From the NCBI GenBank assembly GCA_902610115.1, contig CACLUK010000004.1, positions 515 to 64,514 of the forward strand: a DNA stretch of 64,000 nt, given 5' to 3'. Numbering within the stretch: the first letter of the stretch is position 1; each line of letters starts with the position of its first letter. Below the pieces are notes generated by a model that did not search any database, had not been told where the DNA came from, and saw only the letters and a list, made by a program, of their open reading frames with translations. The position numbers and the translations under genes are program-made. Of this stretch, positions 20,919-31,388 are shown piece by piece. The DNA comes from an uncultured Pelagibacteraceae bacterium. GTDB taxonomy: Bacteria; Pseudomonadota; Alphaproteobacteria; Pelagibacterales; Pelagibacteraceae.

Positions 20919-22376
20919 ATGTCTATAAAAATTAGCTATCAACAAAAAACGACGAATAATTTTTCGTCAAATATAGTATTGTTTTCAGATGATAAATTCA
21001 AATTAAACTCTTTAAAAAAATATTTTTCGAACACAGAATTTTCGTATATTAATGAATTATTAAAAAGTAGTGATTTAAAAAAAAATCTTTTAATTTTCGA
21101 GGTTAATTCAAAAAAAAAAATCATATTAATATCAATTAAAAAAAACTTAAAAACTGCTGATATAGAAAATTTAGGAGCGGAATTTTTTGGGCGTATTAAT
21201 TATGGAAAAAATTGCACTTATTTTATTCTCTCGGATAGTATTATTAGCAATGAAAATAATTTTTTAGGACACTTTCTTCACGGATTAAAATTAAAATCGT
21301 ACGAATTTAAAAAATATAAGTCAAAAAAAGATAATAGAATTTTATCCATAAATGTTTTAGGCAATAAAAATAAACCTTCATCTAAAACTCAACTAAAGTT
21401 TAAATCTTTGGAGGAAGGAACATTTTTTGCAAGAGATTTAGTGTCAGAGCCTGGCAATGTCTTACATCCAGATGAATATGCCAAAAGAATAAATTCTTTA
21501 AAAAAAGACGGTTTAAAAATAAATATTCTTGATGAAAAAAAGTTAAGCAAACTAGGTATGCATGCTTTACTTGGAGTTGGACAAGGAAGTATAAGAGGTT
21601 CTTACCTTGTGACAATGGAGTGGAACGGTGCAAATGATAATTCAAAACCTTTAGCTTTTGTTGGAAAGGGAGTTTGTTTTGATACTGGAGGATATTCTCT
21701 TAAACCCGCAAAGTTTATGGAAGACATGACATACGATATGGCAGGTTCTGCAACAGTTGTAGGTCTGATGAAAAGTCTTGCACTTAGAAAAGCAAAAATA
21801 AATGCTGTTGGGGTTGTTGGTTTAGTAGAGAACATGGTAAGTGGAAATGCTCAAAGACCTGGAGACATAGTTAAATCGTATAGTGGTAAAACGATAGAAG
21901 TATTGAATACTGATGCTGAAGGAAGATTAGTTTTGGCAGATGCACTAACTTTTACTGAAAAAAAATTTAAACCAAAATTTATAATTGATCTAGCAACATT
22001 GACGGGAGCTATTATAGTTTGTTTAGGGTCTGAATATGCAGGCTTATTTTCAAATGATGATAATTTATCTAAACGAATATTTGAAGCTGGTGAGAAAGTT
22101 GAAGAAAAAGTTTGGAGAATGCCACTTCATAAAAATTATGATAAACTAATGAATTCAAAAAATGCCGATGTGCAAAATATTAATTATGTTGGTGGAGCTG
22201 GATCAACAACTGCCGCACAATTTTTACAAAGATTTATTTTAAACAAAACACCTTGGGCTCATTTAGATATAGCTGGAATGGCTTTTTCAAAATATGGTGG
22301 AGCTTTAAACTCAGGAGGTGCTACTGGTTTCGGTGTTAGATTATTAAATCAACTTATAGAGGATAATTATGAGTAA
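20919..22376 (+). CDS. pepA: Leucyl aminopeptidase (M17)
   Basis: VGKGVCFDTGG, DMAG, NTDAEGRLVLAD, WAHLDIAG. Confidence 0.96.
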   Translation: MSIKISYQQKTTNNFSSNIVLFSDDKFKLNSLKKYFSNTEFSYINELLKSSDLKKNLLIFEVNSKKKIILISIKKNLKTADIENLGAEFFGRINYGKNCTYFILSDSIISNENNFLGHFLHGLKLKSYEFKKYKSKKDNRILSINVLGNKNKPSSKTQLKFKSLEEGTFFARDLVSEPGNVLHPDEYAKRINSLKKDGLKINILDEKKLSKLGMHALLGVGQGSIRGSYLVTMEWNGANDNSKPLAFVGKGVCFDTGGYSLKPAKFMEDMTYDMAGSATVVGLMKSLALRKAKINAVGVVGLVENMVSGNAQRPGDIVKSYSGKTIEVLNTDAEGRLVLADALTFTEKKFKPKFIIDLATLTGAIIVCLGSEYAGLFSNDDNLSKRIFEAGEKVEEKVWRMPLHKNYDKLMNSKNADVQNINYVGGAGSTTAAQFLQRFILNKTPWAHLDIAGMAFSKYGGALNSGGATGFGVRLLNQLIEDNYE

Positions 22377-22779
22377 TACAGAACAAACATTATCTATTAT
22401 TAAACCAGATGCTGTTGAACGTAATTTGGTAGATGAAATTAAATCAATTTTTCAAAAAAACGGGTTCAAGATAAAAGATAGCAAAAAAATTCATATCACC
22501 AAAGACGAAGCTTCAGAGTTTTATAAAGTTCACCAATCAAAACCATTTTATAACGACCTATGTTCATACCTTTCATCAGGGCCAATATTTGTTATGATTT
22601 TGGAGGGTGAAAATGCTGTCTTGAAAAATAGAGAATTAATGGGATCTACTGATCCAAAAAATGCAAGTGAAAATACCATTAGAAAACTATTTGGCATATC
22701 AATAGATAAAAACTCGGTGCATGGATCAGACTCACCAGATAATGCAAAAAAAGAAATAAACTTTTTTTTTAAATCCTAA
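22369..22779 (+). CDS. ndk: Nucleoside diphosphate kinase
   Basis: TLSIIKPDA, NSVHGSDS. Confidence 0.97.
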   Translation: MSNTEQTLSIIKPDAVERNLVDEIKSIFQKNGFKIKDSKKIHITKDEASEFYKVHQSKPFYNDLCSYLSSGPIFVMILEGENAVLKNRELMGSTDPKNASENTIRKLFGISIDKNSVHGSDSPDNAKKEINFFFKS

Positions 22780-23339
22780 TTATATCTGTAGATTTTAAAA
22801 ATAGCCTCTGGAAAAACTACCCGCTCCAACCTTTGAGTTTTTATTTTTAAAGAAAATTCATCATCGTTGGGCGCTACATAAAATGTTTTTTGGCAGATTG
22901 TGTTACCACTGTCTAACTTCTTATTGACATAGTGAACTGTACATCCTGTTTTTTTTTCTTTATTTTCAAGCACTCTTTTATAAGTATTTAGCCCCTTGAA
23001 CTTAGGTAATAGAGAGGGATGAATGTTTATAATTTTCTTTCTAAATAAATCAAAAAACTTTTTTGGTAAAATTTTCATAAATCCAGCTAGGCAAATCAAT
23101 TCTATTTTTTCCTTTATTAAAGTATTTGTTAATTGGTGAATGTATTTATCATTTTTAGTATTAATTAAAAAATATCGAATTGCATTTCTCTTTGCATAAA
23201 TGAGACCAAATGCATTTCTATTATTTGAAATCACTATTTTTATATTTATTGGAAAGTTATAATTTCTTGATTGAAGAATTAGGTTTTTTAAATTTGAACC
23301 AGTTCCGGAAATAAAAACACATGCATTTTTTTTCACCAT
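22776..23339 (-). CDS. purN: Phosphoribosylglycinamide formyltransferase
   Basis: ISGTGSNL, LAGFMKIL, NIHPSLLP, GCTVH...LDSG. Confidence 0.95.
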   Translation of the reverse strand: MVKKNACVFISGTGSNLKNLILQSRNYNFPINIKIVISNNRNAFGLIYAKRNAIRYFLINTKNDKYIHQLTNTLIKEKIELICLAGFMKILPKKFFDLFRKKIINIHPSLLPKFKGLNTYKRVLENKEKKTGCTVHYVNKKLDSGNTICQKTFYVAPNDDEFSLKIKTQRLERVVFPEAIFKIYRYN

Positions 23340-24361
23340 TGCAATGAATTTATTAATTTAAATTTTTTATTATTTTTTGAGATATAACCAATTTCATATG
23401 GCATAAAACTTTTTGTAAAATATTTTTTTATTTTTTGAACATTATACTTTGGAACGATCAAACAAAAACCAACTCCACAATTGAAAGTTTTTATCATCTC
23501 TTTTTCGGAGACATCATTTTTTTTAATCCATTTAAATATTTTTTTTATCTTAATTTTAGATAGGTCAACATTTGCACATAAATTTTTAGGTATAGATCGA
23601 ATTAGATTTTCGATTAATCCTCCCCCAGTGATATGGGCAGCGGCATTAATCAATTTTTTTTCTGAAAGTTTTATAATTTCGTTTGAGTAAATTTTTGTCG
23701 GCTTTAAAAGTTCTCTTTTTAAATTTTTATCAGGTTTATTTTTTTTCAAAATAGTTCTTATCAAAGAATAACCATTTGAATGGATCCCACTTGAAGGAAT
23801 TGCTAAAATTAAATTTTTATCTTTGACATTATTTTTATTCAAAATTTTTTTTTTTGAGACAATACCCACACTAAATCCAGCTAGGTCAAACTTATTTCTT
23901 GGATAAACGCCTGGCATTTCAGCAGTTTCACCTCCAATAAGTTCACAATTTGATATTTTACAACCTTTAAATATTCCTTTTAAAATATTCTTCATCTTTC
24001 TTAAATTAATTTTATCTACAGCAATGTAGTCTAAAAAAAATAAAGGTTTTGCACCTTGAACTATTAAGTCATTCACACACATTGCTACTAAATCGATACC
24101 AATTGTATCAAACCTATTTAACATATTAGCTATTTCAATTTTTGTACCGACACCATCAGTGCATGAAACAATCACTGGATCTTTTATTTTTGTTTTGCTT
24201 ATATCATATAAAGATCCAAAACCACCAATTGCGTCGCCTTTAAAAGGTTTTTTCTTTTTTTTGACATTTTTCTTGGATAAACTTGAAATATGTTTAACTA
24301 ATTTATTAGCTAATGAAATATTAACACCACTTTTTTTGTAACTATTTTGCATTTTTTTCAT
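23333..24361 (-). CDS. purM: AIR synthase
   Basis: Y..SGV, DGVGTK, GGETAEMP, HSNGYSL, HITGGG, TFNCG; start could be the second Met. Confidence 0.96.
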   Translation of the reverse strand: MKKMQNSYKKSGVNISLANKLVKHISSLSKKNVKKKKKPFKGDAIGGFGSLYDISKTKIKDPVIVSCTDGVGTKIEIANMLNRFDTIGIDLVAMCVNDLIVQGAKPLFFLDYIAVDKINLRKMKNILKGIFKGCKISNCELIGGETAEMPGVYPRNKFDLAGFSVGIVSKKKILNKNNVKDKNLILAIPSSGIHSNGYSLIRTILKKNKPDKNLKRELLKPTKIYSNEIIKLSEKKLINAAAHITGGGLIENLIRSIPKNLCANVDLSKIKIKKIFKWIKKNDVSEKEMIKTFNCGVGFCLIVPKYNVQKIKKYFTKSFMPYEIGYISKNNKKFKLINSLQW

Positions 24362-24385
24362 TTATAAATGGTACTTTGAGTCAAT

Positions 24386-25429
24386 ATGAAAAGTTATAAA
24401 TTAATAATTATTATTTTAGTGATTTTTGCAAAAAGTGGAAACGTTTTATCAAACGAAAAAATATTTAATGTTAATAATATTGAAATTACCAAAACTCCAA
24501 AAATGTCGAATGAATTTTTAGCTAATAAAGCTTTAAAAGTTGGTTACATCCAACTTATGGAAAAGATACTGCTTTCAAAAGATATTAAAAAGGTATCAGA
24601 TTTAAATTTTCAACAAATTAAAGAATTAGTTTCATATTATCAAGTAATCGAAGAGGAAAAGACTGAAAAAGAAAATACAATAAAATTTAATATTTTTTTT
24701 GATAAAGATAAATTACATAAATTATTTTTTCAAAGGGGAATTTTATATTCAGAAATTATTCAAAAAGAGTTATTTATTCTACCAATATTAAAAAAAAATG
24801 ATCAGCTGTATGTGTTTAATAACAATTTTTTTTATGAAAATTGGAATAAAGTTTACTCAGCTAAATTAATAGAATTTGTGCTACTTTTAGAAAATATCGA
24901 AGTAATACAAGAAATTAATATTAATAAAAATAGTCTTTTAGATTTAAATATTAGAAATTTATTTAAAGAGTATACAAAAAAAAACTTAGCTTTAGTATTA
25001 ATTGAAGAAATCCAAAAGGGTAATTATAAAGTTTATTTAAGGGCAAACATATTAGGAAAAAAAATTGATAAAAATTTAGTAATAGAAAAGTCAAATCTCG
25101 CAAAAAGAGACTATGAAAATAAGATAATAAAAGAAGTAAGTGAAGAAATTATTAATTTTGTAAAGTCGCAAAATTTAATTGATATTAGAGTTCCATCGTT
25201 TTTAAATGCAAAACTTTCTACAAGTAAAGTAAATAATTTAGTTGAGTTTAATAATAGAATTAAAAAAATAGACTCGATTGACAGCATTTATGTCCAAGAA
25301 TTTAATAAAAGCAATGTTTCCTTAAAAATTAAATATTTAGGCAAACTTGATAAAATTATGAAACAGCTTGAGGAACAACGAATTATATTAAAGTTGATTG
25401 GAGATCAATGGAGCTTAAAATTAATATGA
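24386..25429 (+). CDS. DUF2066-like exported protein
   Basis: Signal peptide; conserved position between purM and hdaA in alphaproteobacteria. Confidence 0.55.
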   Translation: MKSYKLIIIILVIFAKSGNVLSNEKIFNVNNIEITKTPKMSNEFLANKALKVGYIQLMEKILLSKDIKKVSDLNFQQIKELVSYYQVIEEEKTEKENTIKFNIFFDKDKLHKLFFQRGILYSEIIQKELFILPILKKNDQLYVFNNNFFYENWNKVYSAKLIEFVLLLENIEVIQEININKNSLLDLNIRNLFKEYTKKNLALVLIEEIQKGNYKVYLRANILGKKIDKNLVIEKSNLAKRDYENKIIKEVSEEIINFVKSQNLIDIRVPSFLNAKLSTSKVNNLVEFNNRIKKIDSIDSIYVQEFNKSNVSLKIKYLGKLDKIMKQLEEQRIILKLIGDQWSLKLI

Positions 25430-26082
25430 GCCAACTCGTTTTTAAATTCCCATTCAAAACAAAGTATTTCGAACAAGATTTTTATGTTTCAAGTAATAAT
25501 TTTTCAGCATACAAACTTATTGAAAGTTGGCCAAATTGGCCTGGAAAATGGCTAAACATTTTTGGAGACCAAGGTTCTGGAAAAACACACTTATCAAAAA
25601 TTCTCGAAAAAAAAATTAATAAAGTAAAGCTTATTGAAGCTAATAGTATTAATGATGAAATAATTAACCAATTAAATCACCTAGATTGTTTAATTATTGA
25701 AAATTTTAAAAATAATATTGAGGAAAAATTATTTTATTCAATTTTAAATCAGTCAAAACAATTAGAAAATTTTATTCTAATCAACAGTGTTACATCTTTA
25801 AAAAAAAATAATTTTGTATTAAGAGATTTAAAATCAAGGGTTAACAGTTTTCTCGATATTGGAATTGAACTTCCAACTGATGACTTACTTAAAGTTATTA
25901 TTTCCAAATCTTTTTCTGATAAACAAATAGAATTAAGCCCAAAAATATCTGAATATATTATCAAAAACATAGATCGATCATATAAAAAAATCTTTGAATT
26001 TGTTAAAATTATTGATGAGACATCTTTATCTTCTGGAAAATCCATTAATATTAATTTAATAAAAAAAGTACTTAATAAATGA
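25426..26082 (+). CDS. hdaA: DnaA regulatory inactivator HdaA
   Basis: N-terminal clamp-binding QLVFKF, Walker A GSGKTHL, DLKSR arginine finger; start at the ATGA overlap (25426). Confidence 0.85.
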   Translation: MSQLVFKFPFKTKYFEQDFYVSSNNFSAYKLIESWPNWPGKWLNIFGDQGSGKTHLSKILEKKINKVKLIEANSINDEIINQLNHLDCLIIENFKNNIEEKLFYSILNQSKQLENFILINSVTSLKKNNFVLRDLKSRVNSFLDIGIELPTDDLLKVIISKSFSDKQIELSPKISEYIIKNIDRSYKKIFEFVKIIDETSLSSGKSININLIKKVLNK

Positions 26083-27866
26083 ATAAATTTAGAACACATA
26101 ATTGCTCTCAATTAAGTGAGAAAGATATTAATAAGGAAGTTACCTTATCTGGATGGCTTCATCGAAAGAGAGATCACGGTAATCTTTTATTTGTAGATCT
26201 AAGGGATCATTTTGGTATGACACAATGTGTTATAGAAAATAATAATAAATTTTTTCCTGTGTTGGAAAAAGTAAAACCAGAGTCCGTTTTACAGATTTTT
26301 GGAAAAGTTGTTAAAAGAACAAATGAAACTGAAAATTTAGAACTTAAAACTGGAAAAATAGAAATAACGATCAAATCAGTTACTGTCCTCTCAAATGCAA
26401 AGGAATTACCCATCCCAGTTTTTGGTGAACAAGATTATCCTGAAGATATTAGATTAAAATATAGATTTTTGGATTTACGTAGGGATGAAATGCATAGAAA
26501 TATTATATTAAGGTCACAAGTAATTTCATTCATTAGATCAGAGATGTTAAATCTGGGATTTCTTGAGTTTCAGACTCCAATATTAACTTCTTCAAGCCCT
26601 GAGGGAGCTAGAGATTTTCTAGTTCCAAGCAGACTAAACCCGGGCAAGTTTTATGCTTTACCACAAGCACCACAACAATTTAAACAATTAATTATGGTTT
26701 CCGGTTTTGACAAATATTTCCAAATAGCACCTTGTTTTAGAGACGAAGATGCAAGAGCGGACAGAAGTCCCGGTGAATTTTATCAATTAGATTTAGAGAT
26801 GTCATTTGTTGAACAAGAAGATGTTTTTGAAGTAGTTGAAACATTGATGGTTAAGCTATTTAAAAAATTTTCCTCTAAGAAAATAGTCGAAGAAAAATTT
26901 CCAAGGATTCCATATAAAGAGGCTATGCAAAAATATGCAACAGATAAACCAGATTTAAGAAATCCATTAGTAATAAATGATATTACAAATATATTTGAGA
27001 CTGAAGAAGTGACTTTTGATATTTTTAAAAAATTAGTTAAATCAGGAGCTAGGGTAAAAGCAATAATTACAAAGAATACTAAAGAAAAACCTAGAAGTTT
27101 TTTTGATAATATTGATAAATGGGCTAAAGATCAGGGAGGTTCTGGATTAGCTTATTTTACAATTGAAAATGAAGGCTCAATAAAAGGAAAGGGTCCAGTT
27201 GGAAAGTTTTTTTCTGAAAAAGCAATAAATGAAATCATGAAAATTTGTGATGCTGAGGTAGGCGATAGTGTATTTTTATCATGTGGAAAAGAGAACGAAA
27301 TCCAAAAAATTTTATCAATAGCTAGAAATAAAATTGGAAAAGAATTAAAATTAATTGACAACAATAAATTTGCATTTTGTTGGATTGTTGACTATCCAAT
27401 GTTTGAACTTGATGAAAAAACTAAAAAAATAATTTTTAGTCATAATCCTTTTTCAATGCCACAAGGAGATTTAAACAAATTAGATTTTAATAAACCTCTT
27501 GAGATGAAAGCATTTCAATATGATATTGTTTGTAATGGTGTCGAATTATCATCTGGAGCCATAAGAAATCATAAACCCGAATTAATGTATAAATTATTTT
27601 CTATTGTTGGTTATACTGAAAACGATGTTAGAAAAAAATTTTCGGGCATGATAAATGCCCTGAGTTTTGGAGCACCACCCCATGGTGGAATAGCGCCGGG
27701 AATAGACAGAATTGTTATGCTACTAGCTGACAAACATAATATAAGAGAAGTTACTTTGTTTCCAATGAATCAAAACGCTGAGGATTTAATGATGAATGCG
27801 CCATCAGACGTTGATGAAAAACAACTTAAAGAATTAAGTATAAAAACTGTTAAAAAAGACAACTAA
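26079..27866 (+). CDS. aspS: Aspartate-tRNA ligase, probably non-discriminating (Asp/Asn)
   Basis: RTH.C, RDHG (His typical of ND-AspRS), [23 protein letters not shown]. Confidence 0.97.
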   Translation: MNKFRTHNCSQLSEKDINKEVTLSGWLHRKRDHGNLLFVDLRDHFGMTQCVIENNNKFFPVLEKVKPESVLQIFGKVVKRTNETENLELKTGKIEITIKSVTVLSNAKELPIPVFGEQDYPEDIRLKYRFLDLRRDEMHRNIILRSQVISFIRSEMLNLGFLEFQTPILTSSSPEGARDFLVPSRLNPGKFYALPQAPQQFKQLIMVSGFDKYFQIAPCFRDEDARADRSPGEFYQLDLEMSFVEQEDVFEVVETLMVKLFKKFSSKKIVEEKFPRIPYKEAMQKYATDKPDLRNPLVINDITNIFETEEVTFDIFKKLVKSGARVKAIITKNTKEKPRSFFDNIDKWAKDQGGSGLAYFTIENEGSIKGKGPVGKFFSEKAINEIMKICDAEVGDSVFLSCGKENEIQKILSIARNKIGKELKLIDNNKFAFCWIVDYPMFELDEKTKKIIFSHNPFSMPQGDLNKLDFNKPLEMKAFQYDIVCNGVELSSGAIRNHKPELMYKLFSIVGYTENDVRKKFSGMINALSFGAPPHGGIAPGIDRIVMLLADKHNIREVTLFPMNQNAEDLMMNAPSDVDEKQLKELSIKTVKKDN

Positions 27867-28687
27867 TTTTTTGTTTTTAGATTTATCCTTACATCAGATA
27901 GATCAACAAGTTTTTCTTCAAGGTTGCTTCTCACAAAACCTTTAGATGTAATATTTTTTACAATTTTAATAAATTTTTCATCAGTATTTTCGCTTGAGAT
28001 ATTTTTTGAGCTAGAAATTGATGGTGTATGTGCTAATTCTTCTTTACCAAGATATGAAATAGCTAATTCTCTGAATACGTAATCCAAAATAGATGAAGCA
28101 CTTAAAATTCTGTCGTTCCCAAGAACATTTCCTGAAGGTTCAAATTTTGTATCTATAAATGCATCTACATATTCCTCAAGAGGAACTCCGTATTGTAAAC
28201 CAAGTGATATTGCTATAGCAAAATTATTCATCATAGCTTTAACAAGTTCTCCCTCTTTGTTAGTATCAATAAAAATTTCACCAATTTTTCCATCGTCATA
28301 TTCACCGGTGTGTAAATATACTTTATGGTCACCTATTTGAGCTTTCTGAATATATCCTTTTCTTCTATCAGGCATTTTAAATCTAGATTTATTTTTTATT
28401 TTTAAATTTGGAGCATTTTCAATATTATTCTGATTTTTATTATGAATTATACTTTTGCTAATATTTTTAGATATATTGTTTTCAGTTTTTGATTTTTGCT
28501 CTATTTTATTATTTTTAATATCAGTAGTTTTTCTCGTTTTCCTATTATTTAATTTAACATCAATTACTTCTACCTCTCCATCTGTTCTATTATCAATTTT
28601 AGACAATTCATTTTCATTAAGATTTTCTAAAGAGTGAACTGTCTTAAAGGTACAAGTATAGTAAGTTTCAACTATATATTTTTTCAT
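27863..28687 (-). CDS. Stand-alone NrdJ C-terminal (TSCPD-like) domain protein
   Basis: [34 protein letters not shown]....[32 protein letters not shown] is the C-terminal block of alphaproteobacterial class II RNR; no catalytic barrel is present. Confidence 0.85.
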   Translation of the reverse strand: MKKYIVETYYTCTFKTVHSLENLNENELSKIDNRTDGEVEVIDVKLNNRKTRKTTDIKNNKIEQKSKTENNISKNISKSIIHNKNQNNIENAPNLKIKNKSRFKMPDRRKGYIQKAQIGDHKVYLHTGEYDDGKIGEIFIDTNKEGELVKAMMNNFAIAISLGLQYGVPLEEYVDAFIDTKFEPSGNVLGNDRILSASSILDYVFRELAISYLGKEELAHTPSISSSKNISSENTDEKFIKIVKNITSKGFVRSNLEEKLVDLSDVRINLKTKN

Positions 28688-28731
28688 ATTTATTTGGATT
28701 CTATTAGATAAAGATATATATTAATTATTAT

Positions 28732-28755
28732 GTGTGTCTATAATTTTAGACACAC
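28732..28755. repeat. 24-bp inverted repeat (9-bp perfect arms) in a divergent promoter region
   Basis: GTGTGTCTA-TAATTT-TAGACACAC followed by TTTTT on the + strand. Confidence 0.85.
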
Positions 28756-28792
28756 TTTTTGATTGTGTGGATTTAAAATCTTTTATTGAAAT

Positions 28793-29140
28793 ATGAAAAT
28801 TTTTTTTACTTGGTGGAACAAACAAACTTTTGGAACTTTTCTTAAAACTTTATTTACCGGAAAATATGTTGGAAAAGACAATTTTGGAAACAAATATTAC
28901 AAAAATAAAAATGATCAGAGGTGGGTCATTTACGCAAATAACATCGAAGCGACTAAAATTTCTTCTGAGTGGTATCTTTGGATGCACCATACTATTGATA
29001 AATTGCCTGACACAAAGGAATTAAAAAAATATTCCTGGGAAAAAGATCATCAAGAAAATTTAACAGGAACTTCTAAAAGTTTTAAGCCTGTGAAAATAAA
29101 AAAAAATGAAAATTTAAAAAAATATGAAACTTGGAAATAA
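28793..29140 (+). CDS. NADH:ubiquinone oxidoreductase NDUFA12-family subunit
   Basis: FTWW, G..VG.D.FGN.YY, RWVIY, W..W.HHT, W.K.H..NLTGT. Confidence 0.92.
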   Translation: MKIFFTWWNKQTFGTFLKTLFTGKYVGKDNFGNKYYKNKNDQRWVIYANNIEATKISSEWYLWMHHTIDKLPDTKELKKYSWEKDHQENLTGTSKSFKPVKIKKNENLKKYETWK

Positions 29141-29624
29141 TATCTGTATTATTTTATTTTTTTTTTTAATGATGCCAAATAATTTTGCAGAAGACGTAAT
29201 TACAACCTCGCCATTAATAAATCTGGATGAAATTAAACCAAGTTTTGAGGATGTAGAGGAAAAAAGTGAAAAAGAAGTAAGAAAAAATCTCAAGGAAAAA
29301 AAAAAAGAAAATATAAACCTTGATGTTGCTCATGCAGTTTTAATCGGACTAGACAAAATTACTGCAAAATCATCAAAAATTATTGTGAACATTGACGAAA
29401 CAAAAAAATTTGGACCACTTGAAATTAAAATTTTAAAATGTGAAAAAGCAAAAGTACATAATAAAATCACAAATGTCGCATATATGCAGGTAAAAGATTT
29501 GACTAAGAATGAAAATGAAAAAGTTTTTATATTCAATGGATGGACTTTTTCTTCAGATCCTAGTCTCACCCCGTTTGATCATGCTATCTATGATTTACAG
29601 TTGTTAAACTGTTTCAACGTTTAA
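29124..29624 (+). CDS. DUF2155 family exported protein
   Basis: GLDKITA, FG.L.I....C, IF.GW.FSS.P.L..FDH.IYD..L..C. Confidence 0.85.
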   Translation: MKLGNNICIILFFFLMMPNNFAEDVITTSPLINLDEIKPSFEDVEEKSEKEVRKNLKEKKKENINLDVAHAVLIGLDKITAKSSKIIVNIDETKKFGPLEIKILKCEKAKVHNKITNVAYMQVKDLTKNENEKVFIFNGWTFSSDPSLTPFDHAIYDLQLLNCFNV

Positions 29625-30958
29625 TAAAATTTTTCTTTTCCAAGCCAATTCGTATCAAAGTCAGAATCGATAAATTTTTTATGTCTTAAAATTTTTTTAT
29701 GTAAATCTATAGTAGTTGTTATTCCTTCTAGTACAAATTCATCGAGCGATCTTAATGTCCTTTGAATAGCTTCCGTTCTATTTCTTCCTTTGCATATTAC
29801 TTTAGCGATAAGACTATCGTAATAAGGTGTTACTTTACATCCTTGAAATACAGATCCATCTACTCTAGTTCTAAAACCCGAAGGTTGATGGCAAACACTA
29901 ATTATACCTGGACTTGGTTGAAAATTTAATGCAGGATTTTCTGCATTTATTCTGCATTCAATCGAATGGCCACGAGGAATAATATCATTCTGACTAAGCG
30001 CTGTATCACCAGTATAAGCGATCCACAATTGCTCTTTTACAATATCAATACCAGTCTGAACTTCAGTTACCGGATGTTCCACTTGAACCCTTGTATTCAT
30101 CTCAAGAAAATAAAATTTTCCATTTTCGTAAATGAATTCTACTGTGCCAGCACCTTCATAATTAATTTGTTCTACCATTTTCACAGTTTTTTCTAATAGT
30201 TCCTTTCTCTGATTATCTGTAATTACAGGACTAGGAGTTTCTTCAATTAGCTTTTGATGCCTTCTTTGAACTGTGCAGTCTCTTTCTCCTAAATGAACAG
30301 TTTTATTTTTTCCAGACATTACCTGCACTTCTATATGCCTAGGATTTTTAAAATATTTTTCTATATACAATTCATCTTTACCAAAAAATTTCTTTGCTTC
30401 AGTTTTAGCTGTTAAAAATAGTTCCTCTAATTTATTTTCTTGTTCAACTACTTTCATTCCTTTACCACCTCCACCGCCAGCAGCTTTTATAAGAACTGGG
30501 AAACCTATTTTCTTACAAATAGATTTTGCCTCATTAATTGATTTAACACTTCCCTCAGAACCCTCAATGACAGGAAGACCATATTTTTTCGCTATTCTTT
30601 TCGCTTCAATTTTATCTCCCATTTTTGAAATTATATCTGCACTAGGCCCTACAAATTTGATTCCGTGCTTGTTTACAATTTCAGAAAATTTAGCATTTTC
30701 AGATAAGAAACCATAACCTGGATGAATTGCTTCGGCACCTGTAAGATCAACAGCAGACATTATCGATGAGATATTCAAATAACTATTTTGAGGTTGATGT
30801 GACCCTATACAAACACTTTCATCTGCAAGTCTTACATGCATTGAGTCCGAGTCAACATCAGAGTGAACTGCAACGGTATTTATACCCCATTCTTTACAAG
30901 CTCTAATAATTCTAACAGCTATTTCACCTCTATTAGCAATTAATACTTTTTTGAACAT
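29621..30958 (-). CDS. accC: Acetyl-CoA carboxylase biotin carboxylase
   Basis: ANRGEIA, HPGYGFLSEN, GGGGKG, RDCTVQRRHQK, EMNTRVQVEH. Confidence 0.97.
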   Translation of the reverse strand: MFKKVLIANRGEIAVRIIRACKEWGINTVAVHSDVDSDSMHVRLADESVCIGSHQPQNSYLNISSIMSAVDLTGAEAIHPGYGFLSENAKFSEIVNKHGIKFVGPSADIISKMGDKIEAKRIAKKYGLPVIEGSEGSVKSINEAKSICKKIGFPVLIKAAGGGGGKGMKVVEQENKLEELFLTAKTEAKKFFGKDELYIEKYFKNPRHIEVQVMSGKNKTVHLGERDCTVQRRHQKLIEETPSPVITDNQRKELLEKTVKMVEQINYEGAGTVEFIYENGKFYFLEMNTRVQVEHPVTEVQTGIDIVKEQLWIAYTGDTALSQNDIIPRGHSIECRINAENPALNFQPSPGIISVCHQPSGFRTRVDGSVFQGCKVTPYYDSLIAKVICKGRNRTEAIQRTLRSLDEFVLEGITTTIDLHKKILRHKKFIDSDFDTNWLGKEKFY

Positions 30959-30962
30959 TTAA

Positions 30963-31388
30963 TTATTTAAGAAGAATAAGTGTTTGACCAAATTCAACAG
31001 GTTGCCCGTCAACAACTAATATTTCTTTTACTTCCCCATCACCTGTAGAAGGAACGTGATTCATAGTTTTCATCGCTTCAACAATCATAACAGTTTGACC
31101 TTTTTTAACTTTATCTCCTATCTCAACAAATTTTTTCGCACCTGGCTCAGGAGCTAGATAAGCAGTGCCAATAATTGGGGATTTCACTCTAATACCCTCG
31201 ACATTTTCGGAATTTTTTAAAACAGTTTTATTTTGAGAAACTACCGCGCTTGTTTTTGGAGTGTCTATTGATTTTAATGATCTAGAAACTTTAATTTTGG
31301 TTGTACCATCCTGATACTCTAGCTCAGTTAAATTAAACTCTTTTAAATTTTCTACCAATTCTTTGATTAATTTTTTTTCAATTTTCAT
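30963..31388 (-). CDS. accB: Biotin carboxyl carrier protein
   Basis: EAMKTMN biotinylation motif. Confidence 0.96.
   Translation of the reverse strand: MKIEKKLIKELVENLKEFNLTELEYQDGTTKIKVSRSLKSIDTPKTSAVVSQNKTVLKNSENVEGIRVKSPIIGTAYLAPEPGAKKFVEIGDKVKKGQTVMIVEAMKTMNHVPSTGDGEVKEILVVDGQPVEFGQTLILLK

Noticed and set aside
28688-28792. Cobalamin riboswitch or tandem NrdR boxes upstream of the NrdJ relic
   Set aside because: Too short and no B12-box; no convincing CwAtATaTwG pair.
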